Below are positions 56,550 to 64,000 of a DNA stretch of 64,000 nucleotides, one piece after another. The position numbers were made by a program, and so were the translations under genes. This DNA is from Phycisphaeraceae bacterium. Lineage in GTDB: Bacteria; Planctomycetota; Phycisphaerae; Phycisphaerales; Phycisphaeraceae. The notes beneath the pieces were generated by a model. The model had not been told where the DNA came from. It saw only the letters and a list, made by a program, of their open reading frames with translations, and made no database searches. Where the stretch lies: contig OY771506.1 of the NCBI GenBank assembly GCA_963674705.1, positions 4,192,001-4,256,000 on the forward strand, in the 5' to 3' direction. The first letter of the stretch is position 1. Every line of letters starts with the position of its first letter.

Positions 56550-57197
56550 ATGCCTGATACACTCAAAACCAAACGCTTCTGCCTGGGAGACTGGGCGACA
56601 AACTGTTACCTCGTTTACAGCGACTCCGGTGCGTGCTGGATTATTGATGCCGGGTTCGAGCCGGATTATCTGCTGCGATACATCAGCGAAAAGAACCTCA
56701 AGCCGGAAAAGGTCATCCTGACACACGCCCACGTCGATCACATCGGCGGATTGGCTGAGGTCCAGCAGGCTTACCCGGATATCCCGATATTGATCCACGG
56801 AGCCGAAGTTGACTTCCTGACCGACCCGATGCTGAACCTGTCCCTGATGGCAGGATTCGAACTGATTGCACCACAGCAGACAGGCACACTGGCCCACGGC
56901 GACACACTCACACTCGAAGGCGTCGAATTCGAGGTCCGGCATACGCCCGGGCACAGCCCCGGCGGGATATGTCTCTACCAGCAGGCACACAACCTGGCGA
57001 TCGTTGGTGACACTCTGTTCGCCGGGTCCATCGGGCGGCACGACTTTCCGACATCAGATGGCAGGGCCTTGCTGCAAGGTATCCATGAGCAATTGATGAC
57101 GCTGCCCGATGAAACGCGCGTGCTGCCGGGGCACGGCCCTGAGACGACAATAGGCAACGAAAGAGTGAGTAATCCCTTCCTTCAAGGCGGATGGTAG
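56550..57197 (+). CDS. MBL-fold metallo-hydrolase (glyoxalase II/YcbL-like)
   Basis: TNCY, THAHVDHIGG, HTPGHSPG, GDTLF.GSIGR.D, PGHG. Confidence 0.92.
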   Translation: MPDTLKTKRFCLGDWATNCYLVYSDSGACWIIDAGFEPDYLLRYISEKNLKPEKVILTHAHVDHIGGLAEVQQAYPDIPILIHGAEVDFLTDPMLNLSLMAGFELIAPQQTGTLAHGDTLTLEGVEFEVRHTPGHSPGGICLYQQAHNLAIVGDTLFAGSIGRHDFPTSDGRALLQGIHEQLMTLPDETRVLPGHGPETTIGNERVSNPFLQGGW

Positions 57198-57212
57198 GAT
57201 TGATCGTCTAAC

Positions 57213-58139
57213 CTACTTTGCCATATCGAATGATACCGCCACGGGCAGGTGGTCCGATCCTTTGGTCACTTCGGGATCATTGAGAATTTGTGCAGATTCA
57301 GGGATCAACCTATCTGCCATCGCGGGGCTGGCGAAGATGAAGTCGATCACGGAGTTCGGGAAGCGCTCGCTGGGATAAGTGGTGCGGTCTTCCATGGGGA
57401 TCAAGCGATGGCAGTCGGTCAGCGCGAAGTTGTCCGGGGTGGGTTGCATGATGATGGAGATCGCGGGTTCGCCCGGCTGGGAATTGAAGTCGCCCATCAG
57501 GATGATTTTTTCATCGGGGTTTATTGAGAGCATTCGGCCGATGACTTCGTGGATGCGCATCGCTTCGCTGCTGCGCCACATCACGCTCTGCGGATCGCCA
57601 TCTCGGCTGCCTTTGCTCTTAAGGTGCACGACAAAGACATTGAGCAACTCACCGTTGCCCAGTTCCAGCTTGGCGTGGAACAGATCGCGTGCAAAATGCC
57701 AGGTCTGATCAACGTCCGGATGGTGCAGGGTCTGCCAGCGGTAGCTGGTGATGCTGTAAATAGGGAGCCGACTGATTAAACCGAGTTTGATGCCGCGTTC
57801 ATCATTGGTAAGCGGCACCGCGACGTATTGATAGCCCATCCCAGGCAGGTATTCATCGACCAGGGCTTGAAGCACCGCTTCGTTTTCCACTTCCTCGAAT
57901 CCGACCACATCCGCGTCGAGCTCTTTCAAGGCGGCGGCAATCTGCTCATATTCCCAGCGGAGCTTGACGTCCGTCCCCTCATCTCGTGTGTAGGGATCGT
58001 CGTACACATCAAAAGCGTTTTCGATGTTATAGGCGGCAATCTTGAGCGGGCGTTGCGGTGGCATCTGGGCGACAGAAGCCGGTTGGCAGAAACAGACCAC
58101 GCATACGATGCTCAGCCAATAGAAGCAGGATTTATTCAC
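57213..58139 (-). CDS. Secreted endonuclease/exonuclease/phosphatase (EEP) family protein
   Basis: Signal peptide; AYNIEN, DADVVGFEEVEN, VVHLKSK, MGDFN, IDFI, SDHLPV. Confidence 0.9.
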   Translation of the reverse strand: MNKSCFYWLSIVCVVCFCQPASVAQMPPQRPLKIAAYNIENAFDVYDDPYTRDEGTDVKLRWEYEQIAAALKELDADVVGFEEVENEAVLQALVDEYLPGMGYQYVAVPLTNDERGIKLGLISRLPIYSITSYRWQTLHHPDVDQTWHFARDLFHAKLELGNGELLNVFVVHLKSKGSRDGDPQSVMWRSSEAMRIHEVIGRMLSINPDEKIILMGDFNSQPGEPAISIIMQPTPDNFALTDCHRLIPMEDRTTYPSERFPNSVIDFIFASPAMADRLIPESAQILNDPEVTKGSDHLPVAVSFDMAK

Positions 58140-58203
58140 AGCAGATCTCCTGATGGATGTTGAACTTGGGAATCTTATTCTAACAGCAGATCTGATCCGT
58201 CAA

Positions 58204-60087
58204 TCATCCAGATGGAAACTCTGCCGTCACATCTTTGAGCCAACGGCCCCACAGTGACAGTTGCAGCAGGGCGAAGAGACGGTGGGTATGGTCGTCTTTT
58301 TGATTGATATGGGCTTCAAAGAGCTTGTTAACCTGCTTCTGATCGATACCCAGTGAATCAAGCACCGGGTCTTTGAGCCGATCCGCCAGGTCGTCGCGCA
58401 GATTTTCTCTGAACCAGCGTCCGACCGGGATGGCAAACCCACGTTTGGGCCGGTCTACGATAGATTCAGGCAGGTATCGAGCGGCAACACGACGTAACAA
58501 GCCTTTCTGTCTGCCGCCGGGCATGAGGACAGAGGTCGGCAGGTGCCCGGCGAGGTCCGTGACTTGTGTATCCAGCATCGGGCACCGTACCTCAAGCGCT
58601 ACAGCCATCGAGGAGCGATCAACTTTACGCAACAGTTCAAATGGCAGGTAATGACGCAAGTCCCAGCGCATCGCGGCATGGGCGACATCCGGCTCGTCAG
58701 GCCAGGCGGACATGATGTTGGTTGTTAACACATCACGTAAACCCGGCGAGAGCAGGGCGATCTGCTCATCCGTGAACAGGTGGATCATCCTGGCGTATTG
58801 GCCGGCGGGTGTTCGTCCCTTCGCGGCGCTGGCCAAGCGTTGCACACGCGTTAGAAGCGATCGTTCATTGGCACTGCGGAACAGTCCCATCGGTGCATAG
58901 AGCAGCCACCACGCGTGGCGATCCAGGATCGACATCGCTCGGTAGCGATCGTATCCGCCGAATAACTCATCACCGCCGTCTCCTGATAGGGCAACGGAAA
59001 CATGCTTTTTGGCTTCCCGGCAAAGCCAGTGGCTCGGAAGCATCCCGCTGTCGGCGCTGGGTTCACCGGCTACTTGCATCAGGTATTGCAAGTCCGCCAT
59101 AACATCGGAAGCGTCTGCCATCAGTTCGGTATGCTCCGAGCCGATGTGTTTGGCGACCGTGCGGGCATGCGGCGACTCATCGTACAACGCGTCCGGCATG
59201 GCGACGCTGAAAGTGCGCAGCCTGCCGCCGTTGAGCCGTTTGAGTTCCTGTTGGGCGATCGCGGCGATCAGCGAAGAATCGATCCCACCGGACAGGAAAC
59301 AGCCTAAAGGCACATCCGCCTCGAGCCGAACCGCCACGGCCTCAGCCAGGACTTCGTTGACGCTGTCGATCGCACCGATGGATGTGCTTGTTCGCGAAAT
59401 CGGAGGGGCTTGCCAGTAGCGTTCAAGCTGCACCTTGCCTGATGGGTCAACCAGCATCCAATGGGCCGGCGGCACCTCAGAAGTATCCCGCAACATGGAT
59501 GAACCGAACGGATAGCCCAGCCGCAGGAAGGTCAGCAGCGCATCCTGATCGATCTGCGTTCGACAGGTCGGGTCTGCAGCGAGCGTGGCGGGCAGGCTGG
59601 CAAAGGTGAATTCGTCCGAGCGTTGACGGATGTACAGCGGCTTTTTCCCGGTCCGGTCACGTGCCAGGTAAAGCTCACGCTTGTCTTCATCCCATATCGC
59701 AAACGCGAACATGCCACGCAGGTGCTTGGGAAGCTCCTTGCCGAATGCGCGATAACCCAGCAACAGGGCTTCAGTGTCGCTGTGGTCTGAACTGAACTGG
59801 TATCCGCGCTTGATCAGTTTGGAACGTAATGAGCGGTGATTGTAGACCTCGCCGTTAAAAACCAGGTGCAGAGGGCCTGACTTGTCGGTGCGCGGCGCGT
59901 GCATCGGTTGCTCACCGCCGAGTGCATCGATCACCGCGAGCCGTGCATGAATCAGCGTACAGCGGAGGTGCTCGCTGATCCCGTTGCCATCCGGACCACG
60001 ATGCAGCATATGTGACAGCATCTTCTCGGCACGCTGCCGATCGATCGGCCGGTCATCGAATCTCACGATTCCTGCTATTCCGCACAT
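58204..60087 (-). CDS. asnB: Asparagine synthase (glutamine-hydrolysing) family amidotransferase
   Basis: MCGIAG N-terminus, HRGPD, FNGEVYN, FLSGGIDSS, LSGDGGDELFGGY, KVDR.SMA..LEVR.P. Confidence 0.92.
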   Translation of the reverse strand: MCGIAGIVRFDDRPIDRQRAEKMLSHMLHRGPDGNGISEHLRCTLIHARLAVIDALGGEQPMHAPRTDKSGPLHLVFNGEVYNHRSLRSKLIKRGYQFSSDHSDTEALLLGYRAFGKELPKHLRGMFAFAIWDEDKRELYLARDRTGKKPLYIRQRSDEFTFASLPATLAADPTCRTQIDQDALLTFLRLGYPFGSSMLRDTSEVPPAHWMLVDPSGKVQLERYWQAPPISRTSTSIGAIDSVNEVLAEAVAVRLEADVPLGCFLSGGIDSSLIAAIAQQELKRLNGGRLRTFSVAMPDALYDESPHARTVAKHIGSEHTELMADASDVMADLQYLMQVAGEPSADSGMLPSHWLCREAKKHVSVALSGDGGDELFGGYDRYRAMSILDRHAWWLLYAPMGLFRSANERSLLTRVQRLASAAKGRTPAGQYARMIHLFTDEQIALLSPGLRDVLTTNIMSAWPDEPDVAHAAMRWDLRHYLPFELLRKVDRSSMAVALEVRCPMLDTQVTDLAGHLPTSVLMPGGRQKGLLRRVAARYLPESIVDRPKRGFAIPVGRWFRENLRDDLADRLKDPVLDSLGIDQKQVNKLFEAHINQKDDHTHRLFALLQLSLWGRWLKDVTAEFPSG

Positions 60088-60090
60088 GGC

Positions 60091-60190
60091 TCGGGTCTCG
60101 TTATTCGGGTATCGGGTGTCGGCCACTTCAACCGAGTAACGGATATCTATATCTACCGATACCCGAAACCCGATACCCCAAACCCGATTT
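60091..60190. repeat. Inverted heptamer arrays between aspS and asnB
   Basis: (TCGGGTn)n at 60091-60122 and (CCGAwAC)n at 60156-60190. Confidence 0.75.
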
Positions 60191-61971
60191 TACATCTTCT
60201 CCGGCAGATCCAGCTTCACGTGCAGTTCCTGCAACTGTGCCTCGTCCACCGGTGATGGAGCCTGCGTCATCAGGTCGACGCCGGTCTGGGTCTTCGGGAA
60301 CGCGATCACATCGCGGATGTTGCTGGTGTTGCACAGGTGCATGACAACACGGTCCAGGCCGAAGGCAATCCCACCGTGCGGCGGCGCGCCGTAGTTCAGT
60401 GCGTCCAGCAGGAAGCCGAACTTCACCTTGGCTGATTCGGGCGTGATTCCCAGCAGACCGAAGACCTTCTCCTGGATGTCCATGCGGTGGATACGGATCG
60501 AGCCGCCACCGAGTTCCGAACCGTTGAGCACCAGGTCGTAGGCCTGGCTGAGTACCGAACCGGGGTCGGATTCGAGCTTCTCGAGGTCTTCTTCGTTCGG
60601 TGCGGTGAACGGGTGGTGCAGGCTGTCCCATCGCTTCTGGTCGGTGCTCCACTCAACCAGCGGGAAGTCGACGATCCAGACCCATTCCCACTGGCCGGGT
60701 TCGATCATGCCAAGGTCATGAGCCAGCTTCACACGCAGTTCGCCCAGCACGCGGGCCACCGTAGCGGGCACGGCATCGACGCCGAAGCAGATCAGGTCGC
60801 CGTCTTCTGCTTCCATCCGTTTAAGCAGGTCATCCGTGATGGGTGCGACGAACTTGGACACGCCAGTCGTCAACTGGCCGCCTTCCACCTTGCAGATGGG
60901 CAGGCCGCCGGCGCCGAACTGCTTGACCCACTCTGCCAAGGCATCGGTTTCCTTTCGGCTCATCTTCGCGCCGCCCGGCACGCGGATCGCCTTGACGACG
61001 CCGCCGGATTCGATCGCGCTGTTGAAGACTTTGAACTCGGTCTGTTGGGCAAGGTCGCTGACATCGACCAATTCCATTGCGAACCGCAGGTCGGGCCGGT
61101 CGCTGCCGTAGCGATCCATCGCTTCGGTGTAGGACATACGACGCACCGGCGGGACATCCACGCCAAGCACATCTTTCCAGACCGCTCGGATCGAACCTTC
61201 ACAGACCTGCATCACGTCTTCAGCGTTGACGAAGCTCATCTCGAGGTCGATCTGCGTGAACTCCGCCTGTCGGTCGGCACGCGGGTCCTCATCGCGGAAG
61301 CAGCGGACGATCTGCAGATACCGTTCACAGCCGGCGACCATCAGGATCTGCTTGAAGAGCTGCGGGCTCTGCGGCAGGGCGTAGAACTCACCTTCCTGAA
61401 GACGTGACGGCACGAGGAAGTCGCGCGCGCCTTCAGGGGTGGACTTGCACAAGAAGGGCGTCTCGATTTCGAGGAACCCGTTCTCCGCGAAGTAGTCACG
61501 CATCACCTTGGTCACGCGCGAGCGCGTTTTCAGGATTTCCTGCATCTTCGGGCGACGCAGGTCGATATAGCGATACTTCAGCCGGGTCTCTTCGCCTGTT
61601 CGATCGGCTTCATCAGGCGTGAACGGCGGGGTCTGGGCCTTGTTAAGGATTTCCAAAGTCTCAGCCTGTACCTCGATCGCGCCAGTCGCGAGCTTGGGGT
61701 TGGTCAGACTTTTGCCTTTGTCGTCGATGCCACGGGCCAGCACCTTGCCGGTGACCTGGATCACGTCCTCGTGACGGAGTTTCTCGGCCAGCGCGTGGGC
61801 CTCGGCCGCCTCGGGGTGGAACACGATCTGGGTGACGCCTGCCCGGTCACGCAGGTCGATGAAGATGACACCGCCGTGATCGCGGTAATTGTTTACCCAA
61901 CCGGCTAAACAGACGGTCTGGTCAACGTGTCCCTCGCGTAGCGAGCCGCAATCGTGTGTGCGTGTTTTCAT
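60190..61971 (-). CDS. aspS: Aspartate--tRNA ligase
   Basis: MKTRTHDCG, RDHGGVIFIDLRD, STPEGARDFLVPSR, ALPQSPQLFKQ, CFRDED.RADRQ.EFTQ.D.EMSF, GAPPHGG. Confidence 0.98.
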   Translation of the reverse strand: MKTRTHDCGSLREGHVDQTVCLAGWVNNYRDHGGVIFIDLRDRAGVTQIVFHPEAAEAHALAEKLRHEDVIQVTGKVLARGIDDKGKSLTNPKLATGAIEVQAETLEILNKAQTPPFTPDEADRTGEETRLKYRYIDLRRPKMQEILKTRSRVTKVMRDYFAENGFLEIETPFLCKSTPEGARDFLVPSRLQEGEFYALPQSPQLFKQILMVAGCERYLQIVRCFRDEDPRADRQAEFTQIDLEMSFVNAEDVMQVCEGSIRAVWKDVLGVDVPPVRRMSYTEAMDRYGSDRPDLRFAMELVDVSDLAQQTEFKVFNSAIESGGVVKAIRVPGGAKMSRKETDALAEWVKQFGAGGLPICKVEGGQLTTGVSKFVAPITDDLLKRMEAEDGDLICFGVDAVPATVARVLGELRVKLAHDLGMIEPGQWEWVWIVDFPLVEWSTDQKRWDSLHHPFTAPNEEDLEKLESDPGSVLSQAYDLVLNGSELGGGSIRIHRMDIQEKVFGLLGITPESAKVKFGFLLDALNYGAPPHGGIAFGLDRVVMHLCNTSNIRDVIAFPKTQTGVDLMTQAPSPVDEAQLQELHVKLDLPEKM

Positions 61972-61977
61972 GGTAAT

Positions 61978-62012
61978 TCGGGTATCGGGGTTCGGGTATC
62001 GGGGTTCGGGGC
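61978..62012 (-). repeat. Heptamer tandem repeat upstream of aspS
   Basis: TCGGGTA TCGGGGT TCGGGTA TCGGGGT TCGGGGC. Confidence 0.75.
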
Positions 62013-62083
62013 TACGTGGCCTGTTTCGAATCGGGGATGATACCAGACTGTGCGCGTCCTGTAAGATTGCTACACTGATCGGC

Positions 62084-62758
62084 ATGTTTACAGGTATTGT
62101 GCAGACTAAGGGACGTATTTCCGCGATCGAACGCAACGAATTCGGGGCACGACTCCGGGTGGATGGCCAAGGCTGGCCCGATCCGGCTGTTTACCAGCCC
62201 AAACCGGGGGATTCGATCTGTAATAACGGCGTCTGCCTGACGGTCGTCAACATGGACGACGGGCTGATGGCTTTCGATGTGATCGCTGAGACGTTGGCTA
62301 AAACCAACCTAGGCGACCTCAAACCCGGGGACCCGATCAATCTCGAACCGCCGGTCACCGCCAGCCAGCAGCTGGGCGGGCACTTCATGCAGGGCCACGT
62401 CGACGGCGTCGGCGTCGTAACAGAGGTCTATGCCGGCGAAGACGAGTGGCGCGTCACCGTCAAGCCCCCGGCCGACCTGCTGCCTTACATCATCCCCAAG
62501 GGCTCGATCGCCATCGACGGCATCAGCCTGACGCTGGCAGCCGTCCACAAAGACAGCTTCGAGGTCGCCCTGATCCCCACGACGCTGGAGATCACCACCC
62601 TCGGTGAAACCAAGGTCGGTTGCCGCGTCAATCTCGAAGCCGACATCATCAGCAAAACCATTGTGCACCAGCTCATGCGACTGCGCGAACCGGATGGCGA
62701 ATCCTCCGGCCTGACCAAGCAGATGCTGCAGGATGCGGGATTCATTCCCGGTGAATGA
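62084..62758 (+). CDS. ribE: Riboflavin synthase (alpha chain)
   Basis: MFTGIV N-terminus, GDSI..NGVCLTV, GGH..QGHVDG, KGSIAIDGISLT, VNLEAD. Confidence 0.96.
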   Translation: MFTGIVQTKGRISAIERNEFGARLRVDGQGWPDPAVYQPKPGDSICNNGVCLTVVNMDDGLMAFDVIAETLAKTNLGDLKPGDPINLEPPVTASQQLGGHFMQGHVDGVGVVTEVYAGEDEWRVTVKPPADLLPYIIPKGSIAIDGISLTLAAVHKDSFEVALIPTTLEITTLGETKVGCRVNLEADIISKTIVHQLMRLREPDGESSGLTKQMLQDAGFIPGE

Positions 62759-62768
62759 GCACTACCTC

Positions 62769-62858
62769 GTTTAGCGGGCGATCGCAGATCGCCGTGTTTT
62801 ATCTGAGATTAATCATTGATATTAAGACGAAGTGTGGATCTTCGATCCACCGCTAAAC
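62769..62858. repeat. REP-like inverted pair between convergent genes
   Basis: GTTTAGCGG...CCGCTAAAC ends, each with an internal hairpin (GGCGATC-GCA-GATCGCC; GTGGATC-TTC-GATCCAC). Confidence 0.6.
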
Positions 62859-62890
62859 ATACTTCGATGCTGTGTTCGATGTGATTTGCC

Positions 62891-64000
62891 TCACGCCGCG
62901 TTGATCGAATGCGACTCGGTATCACATGTGCCGGAGTTAGCGGGATCATTGACGGTCATGCAAACAACGGTCAGGTCGTCGCGCTGATTCAGTGAACCGG
63001 TCTGCATGTTCAGGCGGTGGGCGAGACGTTCAAGTGCGACTTTAGCGTGGCCGACGCGCAGGTCCTCGAATTCCTCGGCGTACTGGTCGTTGGCGATCTT
63101 CTTTCGCCCTTTGCCGGCTTCATCATCGCTGCTGTCAAAGGCGACCTCGAAGCCGTCGGAATACAGCAGCACCCTATCGCCGGGCTCGAGCTTGACCGTG
63201 ATCTGATCAAACTGTTCATCGGGGAACACACCAAGCAGTCCGCCTTCAGGCTCGATAGTTTCGGTCCGTCCATCAGCTCGCAGGATCAGCGGGTAGGGGT
63301 GCCCGGCCCGGGCGACGGTCAGTTCGTTTGTCTCGGTGTTGATGATGCAATAGCAGGCCGTGGCAAAGCGGACCTTGCCGGTCTGGTGCTTGACCATCTC
63401 GCGGTTCAGGATGCCGATGGCCTCGCTCGGCTCATACAGCTGATACCCACCCTCAATCGACTCATCGACGACCTTAGTGGGCATGGATCGCTTGATGTTC
63501 ACGGTCATCAACGCAGCCGGCACGCCGTGACCCACCGCATCGGCGATGAACATGCCGTAATGCGTCTCATCAAGCCGGATCACGTCGTAGATATCGCCGC
63601 TGACATATCCTGCGGGTCTCCAGAGCACATCGAAACCGACGGCGTCGCTAGCCGGCATCTGCGACGGCATGAATTCTTTCTGGAGCTGGGCCGCCATCCG
63701 CAGTTCTTCATCGAGCTGAGCGATCTGGTTGCACAGGCCGCTTTCCTGGATCCGCAGCAGCTTGACCTCTTGTTTCAGGTCCGCCATGACCGGCGCCTGG
63801 CTCCACAGTGTCCGTAAAACGGTGTAGATCAGGTCGGGCGAAGCATCCAGTGGGCATGAGGTGATACCGTCTTCATAGCCTGAGACGGCCTGCTCGCCGC
63901 CGGGCAGGCTCAGCAGGGCGGGGAGCCGCTTCTCCTGGACTATGCCGATCGCTTCGTAGGCAACGGAGGACCCCTCATCTTCCAGGATCATCCACACGCA
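62891..64000 (-). CDS. PP2C/SpoIIE (RsbU-like) serine phosphatase, 5' end probably outside the window
   Basis: EELRMAAQLQ, VSGDIYD, IADAVGHGVPAALM, FATA, AGHP, LYSDG, DDLTV. Confidence 0.92.
   Translation of the reverse strand, partial: CVWMILEDEGSSVAYEAIGIVQEKRLPALLSLPGGEQAVSGYEDGITSCPLDASPDLIYTVLRTLWSQAPVMADLKQEVKLLRIQESGLCNQIAQLDEELRMAAQLQKEFMPSQMPASDAVGFDVLWRPAGYVSGDIYDVIRLDETHYGMFIADAVGHGVPAALMTVNIKRSMPTKVVDESIEGGYQLYEPSEAIGILNREMVKHQTGKVRFATACYCIINTETNELTVARAGHPYPLILRADGRTETIEPEGGLLGVFPDEQFDQITVKLEPGDRVLLYSDGFEVAFDSSDDEAGKGRKKIANDQYAEEFEDLRVGHAKVALERLAHRLNMQTGSLNQRDDLTVVCMTVNDPANSGTCDTESHSINAA

Noticed and set aside
61972..62083. FMN riboswitch upstream of ribE
   Set aside because: The spacer is only 112 bp, is shared with divergent aspS, and lacks RFN consensus motifs
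61889..62136. Overlapping N-terminal extensions of aspS and ribE, and the extension of asnB to 60126
   Set aside because: The conserved N-termini are MKTRTH (61971), MFTGIV (62084) and MCGIAG (60087); the extensions merely translate heptamer repeats
60487..63817. Long antisense ORFs (e.g. 60487-61407 and 63017-63817; also 3129-3944 and 42416-43210)
   Set aside because: Shadow ORFs opposite well-supported genes, as expected from high-GC codon bias

Overview
GC-rich bacterial chromosomal segment, most likely Planctomycetota (Phycisphaerae-like). This is inferred from the PEP-CTERM proteins with dockerin-like tails, an LEPR-xLL protein, a prepilin/H-X9-DG protein and an extended ECF sigma factor. 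1-11 kb: large surface PEP-CTERM proteins, including a BNR-4 propeller and a GH88. 11.1-12.4 kb: a single gene bounded by inverted repeats. 12.6-28.6 kb: a LacI-controlled carbohydrate locus, probably for beta-1,2-glucan (two PEP-CTERM paralogues, a pilin-like protein, three glucoamylase/SGL-clan domains, a sugar ABC transporter and a GH94), with no SusC/SusD. 28.6-33.5 kb: a repeat-dense accessory zone with REP-like elements, three copies of a ~110-bp structured element ending in a 33-bp palindrome, and AT-rich toxin-remnant/immunity cassettes with shared boundary motifs. The rest holds rplK-rplA-rplJ-rplL (detached from nusG and rpoB), a DASS transporter, a DinG-type helicase, arsR-arsM-arsC, housekeeping genes, eno, tRNA-Arg(CCU), a minimal T2SS/T4P-like cluster containing a membrane-anchored ECF sigma factor, rsmG, asnB, aspS, ribE and a partial PP2C phosphatase. 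All calls come from motif recognition by eye; no database searches were run.
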